Source of the DNA: Syncephalis fuscata S228
Taxonomy: Eukaryota > Fungi > Zoopagomycota
Reading direction: 5' to 3'
Length of the DNA stretch: 64,000 nucleotides
Assembly: GCA_025786725.1 (NCBI GenBank)
Contig: JAHLTZ010000047.1
Location: forward strand, 1-64,000
Made by a program: the position numbers and the translations under genes. Below are positions 14,033 to 27,225 of this stretch, piece after piece; position 1 is the stretch's first letter; every line of letters begins with the position of its first letter. Below the pieces are notes generated by a model that worked only from the letters and a program-made list of their open reading frames with translations, searched no databases and was not told the DNA's origin.

Positions 14033-14994
14033 AGCATTACATAATTCATTTTTGTTTGCGTTTACTTCATTCCTACGTATCATTTACGCATATTTCGTTA
14101 TCTATCATACTGCTATTAAAGTATATATTATTATTGTGCTGCTTATTCCAATATTAAATATTATGGATTGCTATCTTTGAACAAATAATTTGTAAATAGT
14201 ATTATTTTATTATATATCGTCAGGCTTGTCTACACATCAACTGCAATTTCATTAAAACTAAATATTAAATAGACGATTTAAACAAATCAGATTGTTGCAG
14301 CTTTATTTAATATGATAGAAAAACGTCTAAACCACCAGAATACTGTAAATAGTTTTTCAAAATTAACACAATGTTATAAACGTAGTATAAAACATAAGCA
14401 TAATATACAAAAGTAACCAATTTACTTAAACAGAACACGCTATTTTGCTAAAAAGACAAACTGCTAATACAATATAAAACACCACCAATTTCACGGCCAA
14501 TAACTAAATAACCTTTTAATAATAATCACTCACTAAAACAATAAAAATATTAATATTAACCAGCTTAATCAATATTTATTGTTTACATATACCATTAATG
14601 TTTTGATAATAAAATTATAACGAATTATAATGCTCAGTACAAATAAATGTAATTAATGCAAGCACATTTATTAGAATTGTAATAAAGAAATAGCGCTATG
14701 AGTATAAATAAGTATAAGCATTATGATTATAGAAACGTTTAAAAGGTGTGACAAACATAAACGTATTAGATTTTTAATAATTATTTTAATGCTCAACAAC
14801 ATAATTGACTTGCTTCAATAAATTAATTTATATGAATATATATTTATTCAAACCAATTATTTTAAAAGACACAATAAACTTGATATTAGTAGTAGCCATT
14901 TAAACTACTTGGCCATTGAATCAAGCAAAATGGGTTATCATTTGGATGTTCTAATTCATATATATATATATATATATGTTTATGTATGTGATTC

Positions 14995-15231
14995 TTATAC
15001 TGGCAAGCTCGTAAATCTCCTTAACAAAGTAGCGCACTTTGCCATGCATTCGCCCTGTAGCTTAAGTTTATGTGTTGAATCGCCAAGTTTTTCAAGATGT
15101 TTACATAGCTCAGAAACGCAAATACCATACGGAGGACTTTTTAATATTGGCGCTGGTGTGGCGTTTACTGTAGCTGTGCTGAACAAATAAGCCACGGCAA
15201 TGGTCCCAAAGATAGCGATAGAAAGCTTCAT
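14995..15231 (-). CDS. Small secreted cysteine-containing protein (78 aa), effector/peptide candidate
   Basis: MKLSIAIFGTIAVAYLFSTATVNA signal peptide; ~54-aa basic mature part with Cx4C...Cx3C. Confidence 0.75.
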   Translation of the reverse strand: MKLSIAIFGTIAVAYLFSTATVNATPAPILKSPPYGICVSELCKHLEKLGDSTHKLKLQGECMAKCATLLRRFTSLPV

Positions 15232-15997
15232 AATGTTATTTAAGCTATATAGCAAATTTATATGTAACTGAATGTTTTGTTATAAAAGATATGCAGTGGA
15301 AAGTAGTGAATTTGCTATAGAATGCCAGTTTAAAATTTTGTCTCACTTTGTTTAAATACTTTTTTTAGAAAACTATAGCATACTCGCTTACTGCTAACGA
15401 CTTGAAATATATTGTTTATAAATAGGATCATGACAATCATTTTACAATCTGACTATAACAGTCATTACGTTGTTGCTTTAAAAATAAAGGCAATGCTATT
15501 GGCTGTTTAAAGTATTCTTTGTACTAAGTCTAAACCATTATACTGATCATTGTGTGGCACAGATAATTGGCTTTTTTTGTTTTCATTATCCGGTGCATTG
15601 GCTAGCGTATTATTTACAAATCATGGTAATGCTACACTTTTGTAAACAAAACTAATACTAATTGCGTAAGATTTAATTGTTAACAATACTGAGTGTATAT
15701 TTAGTACAAAGAATACTTTAAGCAGCCAATAGCATTGCCTTTATTTTTAAAGCAACAACGCAATGACTGTTATAGTCAGATTGTAAAATGATTGTCATGG
15801 ATCCTATTTACAAACAATATATTTCAAGTCGTTAGCAGTAAGCGAGTATGCTATAGTTTTCTAAAAAAAGTATTTAAACAAAGTGAGACGAAATTTTAAA
15901 CTGGCATTCTATAGCAAATTCACTACTTTCCACTGCATATCTTTTATAACAAAACATTCAGTTACATATAAATTTGCTATATAGCTTAAATAACATT

Positions 15998-16231
15998 ATG
16001 AAGCTTTCTATCGCTATCTTTGGGACCATTGCCGTGGCTTATTTGTTCAGCACACTACAGTAAACGCCACACCAGCGCAATATTAAAAAGTCCTCCGTAT
16101 GGTATTTGCGTTTCTGAGCTATGTAAACATCTTGAAAAACTGGCGATTCAACACATAAACTTAAGCTACAGGGCGAATGCATGGCAAAGTGCGCTACTTT
16201 GTTAAGGAGATTTACGAGCTTGCCAGTATAA
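15998..16231 (+). pseudogene. Second, divergently oriented copy of the small secreted protein gene with three 1-bp deletions (pseudogene or sequencing error)
   Basis: Same sequence as 14995-15231 but ACA(G)CTA, GCG(C)CAA and AAC(T)TGG deletions; early TAA after 21 codons. Confidence 0.7.
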
Positions 16232-17314
16232 GAATCACATACATAAACATATATATATATATATATATGAATTAGAACATCCAAATGATAACCCATTTAT
16301 GCTTGATTCAATGGCCAAGTAGTTTTAAATGGCTACTACTAATATCAGTTTATTGTGTCTTTTAAAATAATTGGTTTGAATAAATATATATTCATATAAA
16401 TTAAAGTTACTACCTCAACATTGTGGTCATATTGTATAATAGCGTGATTAAAAAATATACTATGTGATTGGATGATTAGTTAAAGTCGCATGTGATAGAT
16501 CACAAGAATAGGATAAATATTAGATATCAACATAATTACTAGTAATAAACGGCTATTACGATGATATGACGAGTAAGTACTTGTTAGTTGTGAGCATATA
16601 AGCAACTACATAATCTGATGCGCTACGTTAATAATGGGTTACTACAAGGCATACATATTCTATTCTTAGTTATGTTTACTATATAATAATAGCTTTATTC
16701 GATATCAGTAAAGATAATATTGCGTTTAGTTTCATCTTCTACTTAGTTTCATACAAGTTATTCAGCTTATTGAACTATAATGCCCAATGATAAATAAAGA
16801 ATAGATCCATATAAAAACTACATCAGCCAACCAACACGTTGCGCTATAAATGCTAAATAGGTATTAACAAACATCAAAGACTAAAATTATAAGCTAAGAT
16901 TAGAATAATATGTTGCTTGGTCATTTAAAATATAGACTATAGATTAAAGCCTAACAGCGCTATTATTTATTTATAACAAATATTATTTACATTTATTTTG
17001 ATTTCATACGTATCTCACTTGCTATAAATTATAAGCATCATGCAAATATCTACTTATTCGTTTATAATTAATATAATTATATAATACTAACATCAATGTG
17101 CAATATCCATTAACATTGTAAAATAGCATTATTTGTTATTTTATTACATATGACCATTATAAAGCATATTTTTAATATATTGAAATGTTTATAAAACTCT
17201 AGTTTATAAATTTAAACGTGAAATCATTGTTTTAATGCTATGGCAAGATACTAAAGAGGTAAATTAGTAGTTATAACATAACTAAATAATAAAGGTAAAT
17301 GAAATGTGCGTTAA

Positions 17315-18528
17315 AAAGCCAATAGTAATTATTTAATTAATAAGCGATGCTAAAATTATTTATAACTTTACGTAAAATAAAGCAAATAGCATGACATTTT
17401 GCACAGATATACTTATGATATATGAATAGCTATTGGTAAAGTATACCGCAACTGTATTGTGTGATGGTGCAACGATTGTAATAATACACTAATAAATGTG
17501 TAAAAAACAGTTTTTAGTCATTCATGGCTTAATACTTAAAATACAGCAAAATGGTTGCCAGATTCGAATTCCGCATGCTTGGTTATACAGATTGGTATGA
17601 TTTATAGAGCAACGATTTTTGCAAAAAATGTTAGCCAAAAATGCGATTTACGTGTTATTAGTTAGCAAAATTTTAAATATATGTATATATATGTCATAAA
17701 TCGCCACAGTATATCGGTATTTCTGCATATTAAGCTGCTATCATAATTATTATAATATTATAGAGTGCTTCAGATTTATTTTAGTCAAAATATTATTCTT
17801 AATATTGAATTTCCTAAAGTTAAAAAGTTTAATAAAATTTTGCTAACTAATAACACGTAAATCGCATTTTTGGCTAACATTTTTTGCAAAAATCGTTGCT
17901 CTATAAATCATACCAATCTGTATAACCAAGCATGGGAATTCGAATCTGGCAACCATTTTGCTGTATTTTAAGTATATAAGCCATGAATGACTAAAAACTG
18001 TTGTTTTCACACATTTATTAATATATTATTACAATCGTTGCACCATCACACAATACAGTTGCGGTATACTTTACCAATAGCTATTCATATATCATAAGTA
18101 TATCTGTGCGAAATTTCATGTCATTTGGTTCATTCTAAGTAAAGTTATACATATTACTATCAATGTTTTACTAAGTAAATCAATAACACGTAAATCGCAT
18201 TTTGACTAACATTTTTTGCAAAAATCGTTGCTTTATAAATCATACCAATCTGTATAACTAAGCGTGGAGAACTCAAATCTGGCAACCATTTTGCTGTATT
18301 TTAAGTATGTAAGTCATGAATGACTAAAAACTGTTGTTTTCACACATTTATTAGTGTATTATTACAATCGTTGCACCACCACACAATACAATTGCGGTAT
18401 ACTTTACCAATAGCCATTCATATATCATAAGTATATCTGTGCAAAATGTCATGCTATTTGCTTTATTTTACGTAAAGTTATAAATAATTTTAGCATTGCT
18501 TATTAATTAAATAATTACTATTGGCTTT
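17315..18528. repeat. Foldback element copy 2: left arm 17315-17675, spacer 17676-17832 (reverse complement of copy-1 spacer), right arm duplicated in tandem (17833-~18148, 18182-18528)
   Basis: Direct comparison with 240-1392. Confidence 0.9.
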
Positions 18529-19337
18529 GCTATTGTCACTACTTAACTATGCTAGAATTACTTTTTAATATTTCTGCATACTATTATAGCATTGGTACAA
18601 TAATTTGCATTTAAATTTATAAACCGGCGTTTTGTCGGTATTTTAAGATAATGCAAATAAAAATAAGACATTTTTGCTACAACCATAGTTATTAGAAATA
18701 AAAATATTAAACTTTTGCGATGGTCATATTGTTGCAATACCAATATTAAACTTATATTGTTATGATAGTGTGGCTAAAAAATACACCACGCAATTAGATT
18801 ATCTGCTGAAATTTCACGTAAACAAACGATAATATGTATATTAAATATCAACACTAATTACTAACAACCAATGACTATTGCAAAGATATGACAAATAAAT
18901 ACATAAAAGTGTGTAAACCTTTACACTGTTATCTCTTCTATATACTCTGTTGTAGTCAAAATTGCTATTATTCGAATAGCGCAATGTTTGAAACAATAAA
19001 TATTTGAAAGTATATGAGATAGTTTGACAATTAGATGTAAGATATTGTTTATTTCCTTTCATTAATAAATTAATTTAAGGAAATCTTAGTAGTTCATTCA
19101 GACTACTCAATATAAACCTTATTATTGCTGTTATCATTTTCTTTTATTAATATCGAAAAATAAAAACTTTCATCCTTTACAGTATAAATATGCCACCTAT
19201 TGTGGACTTATCTATTGTTCTTTGATCATTTTCTTTTCGCTTTGGTCACAACCAAAGATAAGTGCTCCCTATTCAGTATTTTAGTTACTTAATTAGTATT
19301 TTAGTTATTTATTTATTTTTTTTTTAGTCTGAAAAAC

Positions 19338-20087
19338 ATGGACATGCTGCACGAACTACCGGTCCGCCAGACCTACGAATGGCTTCCTTCACTTGATACC
19401 TACCAGGCTGTAGAGTCTTTAGCCCAAACAAATCTTTTCTCAGAAACATTGGAAGAAGATAGTAAAAAGAGGATTATAGACAGATATCCACCAATAGAAG
19501 GTATAGCTTATAAACCACCGTTAGCAATTCCACAAGCACAGAAGCTCTTTTCAGCTGCACAGAAAGCGGAGGACCAAAACTACAGGAACGCACAATACGC
19601 GGCATCAGCAGTATTCAGACCACTGGATGTACTCATCCATGAATTAATGAAAACTCTCCCCGAACAAGAAGGCCCGAGGTACATGGCCATACTTAATGAT
19701 ATCAGAACGTTACAATTACATGTATGTGGCACGCTAAATAACGCCAGAAATAATCTAGCAGCAAAAGCAGTTAACCCAGCGTATTCATCAATTACTGGTA
19801 ATACTGCTAGATATACCATGGACCCAAAGGCGTTCACCGACTCAATCACTTCGCAGCATGCTGAGCGCAAGGCGATTGAAGATGCTAGACCACGCAAACT
19901 GACACACAAGTCTCAGTTTTTTCGTTCAGGCCCGTCAGCGGCAAATGGCGGGTCACAAAAATCCAATTACAGCAACAACAACAACAACAACAGGCGCAAC
20001 AACAACGGCAATGGATACAGACGACAGAACAAAAACGGCAACAACGGCAACAACAACCAAAGCCAGTCCCAACAGACCAGCCAGTAG
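19338..20087 (+). CDS. DIRS Gag-like ORF1
   Basis: First ORF after the left ITR; YKPP and FRPLD motifs; N/R-rich tail overlapping pol. Confidence 0.8.
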   Translation: MDMLHELPVRQTYEWLPSLDTYQAVESLAQTNLFSETLEEDSKKRIIDRYPPIEGIAYKPPLAIPQAQKLFSAAQKAEDQNYRNAQYAASAVFRPLDVLIHELMKTLPEQEGPRYMAILNDIRTLQLHVCGTLNNARNNLAAKAVNPAYSSITGNTARYTMDPKAFTDSITSQHAERKAIEDARPRKLTHKSQFFRSGPSAANGGSQKSNYSNNNNNNRRNNNGNGYRRQNKNGNNGNNNQSQSQQTSQ

Positions 20088-23000
20088 GAGGACGCCTTCA
20101 CCAATTCTACACTATTTGGAAACGCATAACCAACAGCAAATGGGTACACTCGGTTGTACGCGAAGGTTTTCGTATTCATTTCGACAAAAATCCACCTCTA
20201 ACCACTCGTCAATTTCCTACAGTCCCATTCTCTGCCGAACAGAGACAGTTACTCAGGCAAGAAATCAACAGTCTCATTGTAAAACGTGCTATAGAACCAG
20301 CACCTCACACGCCGGGTTTTTGCAGCCGCATGTTTGTTATTCCGAAGAAAACGGGCGACTTCAGGCCGGTGTTCAACCTGAAAGCTCTCAACTCATTCAT
20401 AGATCCACCCAAATTCAAGATGGAAACCATTCAGCAGGTAACATCATTAATACGAAAAGACGACTATCTGACATCAATAGACATTTCGGATGCATTTCTG
20501 CACATCCTAGTTCACAAAATGTCTCGACAATACCTACGTTTTCGATGGGAAGGCCAAACATTCCAATTCAGAACGACTCCATTCGGTCTGTCAGTAGTTC
20601 CATGGGTATTCACCAGACTAACCAAGCCAATACTCAAATGGTTACGCCAACGCCAAATTCGAGTGTCAGCATATCTGGACGACTGGATAATAATATCCAA
20701 CTCGAAAGAACAAGCGCAACACAACACCAACATTGTGCTGGATCTACTCAAGTCTTTAGGCTGGATAGTCAAACTAGCCAAATCACATCTAACACCTACT
20801 CAGAAGCTGGAACATCTTGGCTATCAGATAGAGACGGATACAATGACCATACGTCTACCATCCAAAAAGATACGCAGTCTGCGCAAATCCATTCAATCAG
20901 TATTGAACAGTACGTCCCACACACCACGTTTAATACACAGTCTAACCATGAGAATAAAAGCAGCGACCTTAGCGATCTTTCCAGCCAATCTATACACACA
21001 GGCCCTAATGTTCTTCAAAAACAGTCATGTCACCGATACAACATCATGGGACAGGCCACAAACATTACCACAGGACTGCAGGCAGGAATTACTATGGTGG
21101 AACAACAACCTAACACAATGGAATGGTCGCTCTCTAATGTCGTCACCACCGACACAGACAATATTCGTGGACGCCAGCGACGAAGGATGGGGAGGCGTCT
21201 ATCGCAACAGGACAGTTCAAGGCCTATGGACTCACGAAGAAGCAGCTCACTCAATCAATTGGAGAGAACTAAAGGCCGTCCACCTCACTCTACAAGCATT
21301 CCTGAAACGTGTAAAACTTATTCTTTAAATAAAACTAAACTTCCACAATATGTGGCCTGAGAGTGCGTAGAAAATGAATTGTCTTTATTAAAATGTATGT
21401 TATTACAGCTATTTTATAGCTGTAATTATTGTTAACAATTGGGACAAAATAATGAATAATGTTGCAATTTCCTTATAAGGAAATCGGTAAGGGATCAGCA
21501 TAGATCGTCCGTTACCTTTGTGCTACATCGGTAAAAATACACTTTTACCGAAGTAGCAACAATACTACATGTTACAATTCTTCCCCCCATAGAAATGAAT
21601 GCCGTCTCGGCATTAGAACGCAACAAGAACATAGTAAGTTCACTTAAGTAGCTTGTGAATTATTAAACGCGTCTAGTATCTCTGGTGCATTCGTAAGGTC
21701 GTCGCGTGATTGCCATGTAGCTTCACTTTGATCGTATCCTTTCCATTTAACCAAATACTCGGTACGGCCTCGCCTTTTACGTTCTTTTAGTATGGTTTCA
21801 ACTTCATACTCTTCTTGTCCGGCAATAACATCTGGAGGTGGTCGGGCAGGTTGTCGTTCGCCAAATTCAGATGGATTTGGTTCATGTCGTTTAAGTTTAG
21901 ATATATGAAATACAGGATGTATTCGCATATTATTTGGTAACTCCAACTTATACGCAACAGAAGATACCTTTTCCACGATAGGAAATGGTCCGAGAAAACG
22001 GGCATTAAACTTACGCGTAGGCCGTTGTTTATCTGCTTCTGTTGTAATGTTGGCAGTTGACAACATGACTAAATCACCAACTTCATATTCTTCTTCTCGT
22101 CGTCTATTATCGGCATAACGGGCTTGTCGATCTTGAGCTATTTTCATTGCAGATTGGGCCTCTGTCAATATAATGTTCATTTTACCAAGGAATTGTGCGG
22201 TATTATCTACTAATGTAATGTCATTATAATCTTGTGTTACTATAAGATTATCTGCCATTCTTGGATGTCGTCCTAAATCACAATAAAATGGTGTCATTTT
22301 AATTGACGATTGTTCTGCGTTATTATACGCAAACTCCGCTAGAGAGAGGCAGGTATCCCAATCATCTTGATGATAATTTACGTAATGTCGCAGTATTTGT
22401 TCCAGTGTTCTATTAGTACGTTCTGTTTGACCATCGGTCTGTGGGTGATATGCAGTTGATGGTTTAAGTTTAACATCAAGTAATTTGAACAGAGAACGCC
22501 AAAAGGAACCAACAAAGCGAGTATCGCGGTCGCATACCACGCTCTTAGGGAAGCCGTGTAGACGAACAATATTGTCCACAAATAGCTTGGCGACTTCTGG
22601 AGCAGATACAGCAGTTTTAGTAGCAATAAAATGTGCACGTTTCGTCAAGCGATCGACTACCACGAATATGGCATCATGATGTTGCTTAGTCTTTGGCAAT
22701 TGAACAATAAAGTCCATAGACAAATCTTGCCAACGTCCTTCAGGTACTGGTAATGGTTGTAGTAAACCAGCCGGTTGTTGCTGAGAAGGTTTATTACGCT
22801 GGCATGCATCACATGAATTAACATATTTGTAAATGTCAGATCGTAATTCAGGCCACCAATATGATCGCTGCACATTTGCAATAGTCTTTTCAATGCCGAA
22901 ATGGCCAGCAGACGGTGCGTCGTGCCTTTCGCGCAGTATGTCAGCTCGCAACTGATAATCTTTGGGTATACAAATACGTGGTTCACGATTACGCATTTCG

Positions 23001-26000
23001 TATATTAGACCATCATCAGAACCAAGTCGAAATTGGCGCGACCATTTGCGCAATTCTTTCGAATGCGCTGTCTCTATCCCCCCTCTAGAAATGTTTTCAC
23101 ACCTGTGAAAAACGCGTCTTGATTATATCCTGCCCGGATACGTTGTAATAAATCATCATTTGGGGCAATAGTAGTGATGTTATTAATAGAGACGGGTGGT
23201 GTATCGGTACGTCGTGATAAAGCATCTGCAACGACATTCATACGGCCAGGCTTGTAATGAATAGTAAAATTGAAACGACTAATCCATTCTAAATAACGTT
23301 CATGGCGAGCAGGTATTTTGACTTGTTCACGTATGTATTTAAGCGGCATATGATCTGTATAAATGTCGAAATGTTTGCCAGTAAGGTATGTTTCCCACAC
23401 ACGCGTAGCTTCCATAATTGCAAACATTTCTTTATCGTAAGTTGGCCAATTACGCTGTGTGCTTGTAAGAGTGCGTGAGTGGTAAGCAACTGGACGTTTA
23501 CCACTTTCATCTTCTTGTTCTAGTACAGCACCGATGGCGAAATCGGATGCATCAGTAGTTACCATAAATGGTAATTTGGGGTCGGCTGTACGTAAAATTG
23601 GAGCGTTACACAAACGTTTCTTTAATTCCTCGAATGCTAATGTAGGCGCACCCGACATATTGAAAGGTACGTCATCACGTGTAAGCTCACTAAGTGGTTC
23701 TGCAATCTTAGAATAATTAGAAACAAAACGCCGATAGTAGCCAGTTGTTCCAAGAAAACTACGAATACCAGACACGTCTTTTGGTATTGGCCATGATGTA
23801 ATAGCTTTTACTTTGTCAGCACATGTATGTATTCCTTCTGCACTGACCATGTGGCCTAAAAACTCAACATTTGACACACCAAATTCACATTTACTTGCTT
23901 TAGCATAAAGTTGATGTTTACGTAAAAGTTCTAAAACTTGTTTAATATGTTCATTGTGTTCATCAGATGTTTTACTATAAATAAGAATATCATCTAAAAA
24001 TACAACAACACATTTATCAAGCAAAGGACGTAATACATCATGCATAAGTCGCATAAATGTAGCAGGGGCATTGGTCAAGCCAAATGGGAGAACTCGAAAC
24101 TCATAATGGCCGTATCGTGTGTGAAAAGCCGTTTTTGGGACATCTTCATCTCGAACGCGTATTTGATGATAGCCAGAACGCAAATCAATTTTAGTAAATA
24201 TCTTTGCACCTTCTAATTGATCAAATAACTCATCAATAAATGGTAATGAGTACTTGTTCTTGATGGTTATGTTATTCAACATACGGTAGTCGACACACAT
24301 ACGCATAGTACCTTCCTTCTTTTTAACAAAAAGTACTGGTGCGCCGTATGGTGATACGCTTGGTTGAATAAAACCTTTGGCTACTAATTCATCTAGTTGT
24401 TGCTTTAATTCGGCCATTTCATTGCGTGATAATCGATATGGTGGACGTGAAGGTGGGGCATGACCAGGTTCTAAGTCGATTGCAAAATCGACGGCACGTG
24501 GAGGCGGTAATCCGGACGGTAATTCATCTGGAAATACATCTTTAAATTGATTTAACGTGGATGCATATTTACCAGAGAAAGCAAGCTTGCCAGGCTCGAG
24601 AATGGATACTGTGGTAGTACCACCAGCAGTGGATAAGAATGCGAGGAATGTTTCATTATTGTCTGGTTCATCTAAGGTTTGTTCTAGTTGTTCCAATGAC
24701 ATTAATGAGGGGGTAATAATATGAGTGTTAAATGGAATATTACGTGTAGAAGAGGACATATTATTAAATAGAATTGGAGTTGATGTAATTGGATCATTCT
24801 GCAATGTCTGTATAGTTCTAGATGTCCAATCAATTTGTGGATTGAACATCATAAACCAAGGCATTCCAAGTATTGCCTGATATTTTCCCAATGGCATAAT
24901 TTCAAAGTCTAAATAGTTGGACCATGATTTTATTGAAATTGGTACTGAACGAGCAAACAAGGATGCGCGACAAATAGAACCGTTACCTAGTTTAATTTCC
25001 TGGCCACCATTTGCATACTTTTCAGTATTAATGTTTGAGGACATTACAAATGCTGCGTCAAGGAAATTATCGGTGGCACCACAATCGATTAAAATTAAGG
25101 CAGGGTGGCCATTAATTTGAGCATTAAGTGTAATTAATGGACATCGTTTTAAGGATGCTAATCGATTGTATTCGGCAGGTAACCCGGGAGGGGAAATTGG
25201 TCGGCTACATTGTTTGTGACCAGTGCGTACGCCGTTCTTCACTGGTCGCTGTCTTTTCCCGTTTCCGTTTCAGAAGTAGTAGGCGTATCTGAATATGGTT
25301 CATCATCGTCATCGGAAATTAATTCGAGGCGGTAGGCTCGTCGAAATGGGTTGTTATTTGTTTTGGAATGTTGATGGTTAAATGGATTATTATGGCTGTT
25401 ATTGTTGTTATGGTTATTGTTGCTTTTGACATATTGGACACGTCGATCAATATTTCGTCGTTCCGCCATGCAATGTTTGGCCATGTGATTGTTGCCACCA
25501 CAATTATAACATTTAAATAGTTGATTTTCCATACGGTCTAGCTCCATAGGGGCAGATCCAGTGTATTTTGTTTTTAGAGGAGTAATAGAGTGGCCCGTAG
25601 TGTCATATAAGGTGGCAGTGCGAATGGCTTCTTGTAGATCGGTAATACACCGGACGCGTATTTCTTGACTAGCTGTAGTACTATTTAAGCCAGATGCAAA
25701 TCGATGAACTTGATCGGGCATATCCATGTTAGGTAACCGGCCGACTACTTCAAGAAATTTGTTAGCGTATTCTTGCACGGATTGTTTGCCTTGCTTAAGA
25801 CGGTCTAATTGACATCTTATGGATGGGCCTTGTTGTATTGGTTGAAATTGAAATATTAGTCGGTCTTTTAAATTTTCCCAATTTGTAATGTTTGTGTAAC
25901 CTTGTTTCCCTTTTAGGAAATTTTGACGATTATCAATAAACCATCTTTGCGCTGATCCTCCTAACAAAGAGACGACGGCTACTAGTTGTTGGGTATCATT

Positions 26001-27225
26001 CCATTCTGTACGGGCACTGAGGGCAAAATCTACGGTACCAATCCATAAATTTAAATCTTCTGACGAATGGCCGTGATATTTGGTGAAGTGTGCACCGAAC
26101 GATAAGTTGTGATTGCTACTTCCGACATGCGGTATTGGTGTATCAGATCCTGGGGCGTGTTGTGAATCGGTAAGTGTTTCCATTATAGTTGCGGGAAAAA
26201 AATCCGGTGAGGGTATTGGGCTTTCAGAGCTATCACTCGAGTGATCAAATGGCATAAGTTAAAACTACCCGTTGCTACCAATGAAACGTGTAAAACTTAT
26301 TCTTTAAATAAAACTAAACTTCCACAATATGTGGCCTGAGAGTGCGTAGAAAATGAATTGTCTTTATTAAAATGTATGTTATTACAGCTATTTTATAGCT
26401 GTAATTATTGTTAACAATTGGGACAAAATAATGAATAATGTTGCAATTTCCTTATAAGGAAATCGGTAAGGGATCAGCATAGATCGTCCGTTACCTTTGT
26501 GCTACATCGGTAAAAATACACTTTTACCGAAGTAGCAACAATACTACATGTTACAATTCCCCAAGTTACACCACTGCACCGTTCTGATTCGCACAGACAA
26601 TACAACAGCCATGGCTTACATAAACAAGCAAGGCGGCACTCGTTCACGTCCACTCAGCCAACTAGCCACCTCCATATGGCAGATGTGTCTACAACGCGAA
26701 TTACGCATTCAAGCACAGCATATCCCGGGTGTACAGAACCAACAAGCGGATTACGCATCGCGCCATTTTTACCGCAAGAACCTGTGGCAACTGAAACACA
26801 ATGTGTTCAACAACATTCAACGCCGATGGGGCCCTCACGACGTAGATCTGTTTGCGGACAGAACATCCCACCTACTACCATCTTATGTATCATGGAAGCT
26901 GGATCCACAAGCGATAGCCACGGACGCAATGTCCATACAATGGAAGAGATTCCGAAATCCATATCTCAACCCACCGTGGAGCTTGATACTACGTTGCCTG
27001 CTCAAGATTCAACAAGAGCAAATCAAACAAGCAACAATCGTCACCCCATACTGGCCTTCCGCCCTATGGTTCCCTATGTTACAGGAACTGGCGATACATC
27101 AGCCAATAATACTCAATCCAATGACAACGACACAATTGACCACCCATTCCGCACTGTCACCTTGGACAAACCAGCATTGGAAGCTAGCCGTATGGAGAGT
27201 CAGAAGCGCAAATTTACAGAATTAG
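19889..27225 (+). CDS. DIRS pol (RT - RNase H - N6-adenine methyltransferase-like domain), split by Gypsy at 21303-26560; no ATG before the conserved N-terminus
   Basis: [30 protein letters not shown]; RNase H VDAS/GWG/INWREL/RTDN; MTase-like DLFA and NPPW. Frame is continuous (LQAF-PKLH) after removing the insert. Confidence 0.92.

Larger units (their letters stand above)
14823..16404. repeat. ~705-bp inverted duplication (14823-15527 / 15701-16404), 173-bp spacer
   Basis: Arms are near-identical reverse complements; each holds the small secreted protein gene. Confidence 0.92.
21303..26555 (-). mobile_element. Ty3/Gypsy chromovirus LTR retrotransposon, full length
   Basis: TG...CA LTRs, 5-bp TSD ATTCC (21298-21302, 26556-26560), PBS, PPT (TGGGGGGAAGAAT), order gag-PR-RT-RH-IN-chromodomain. 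Confidence 0.97.

Noticed and set aside
21644-23053. Integrase as an independent ORF
   Set aside because: One extra G in the G6 run fuses it to RT-RH as in normal Gypsy pol.
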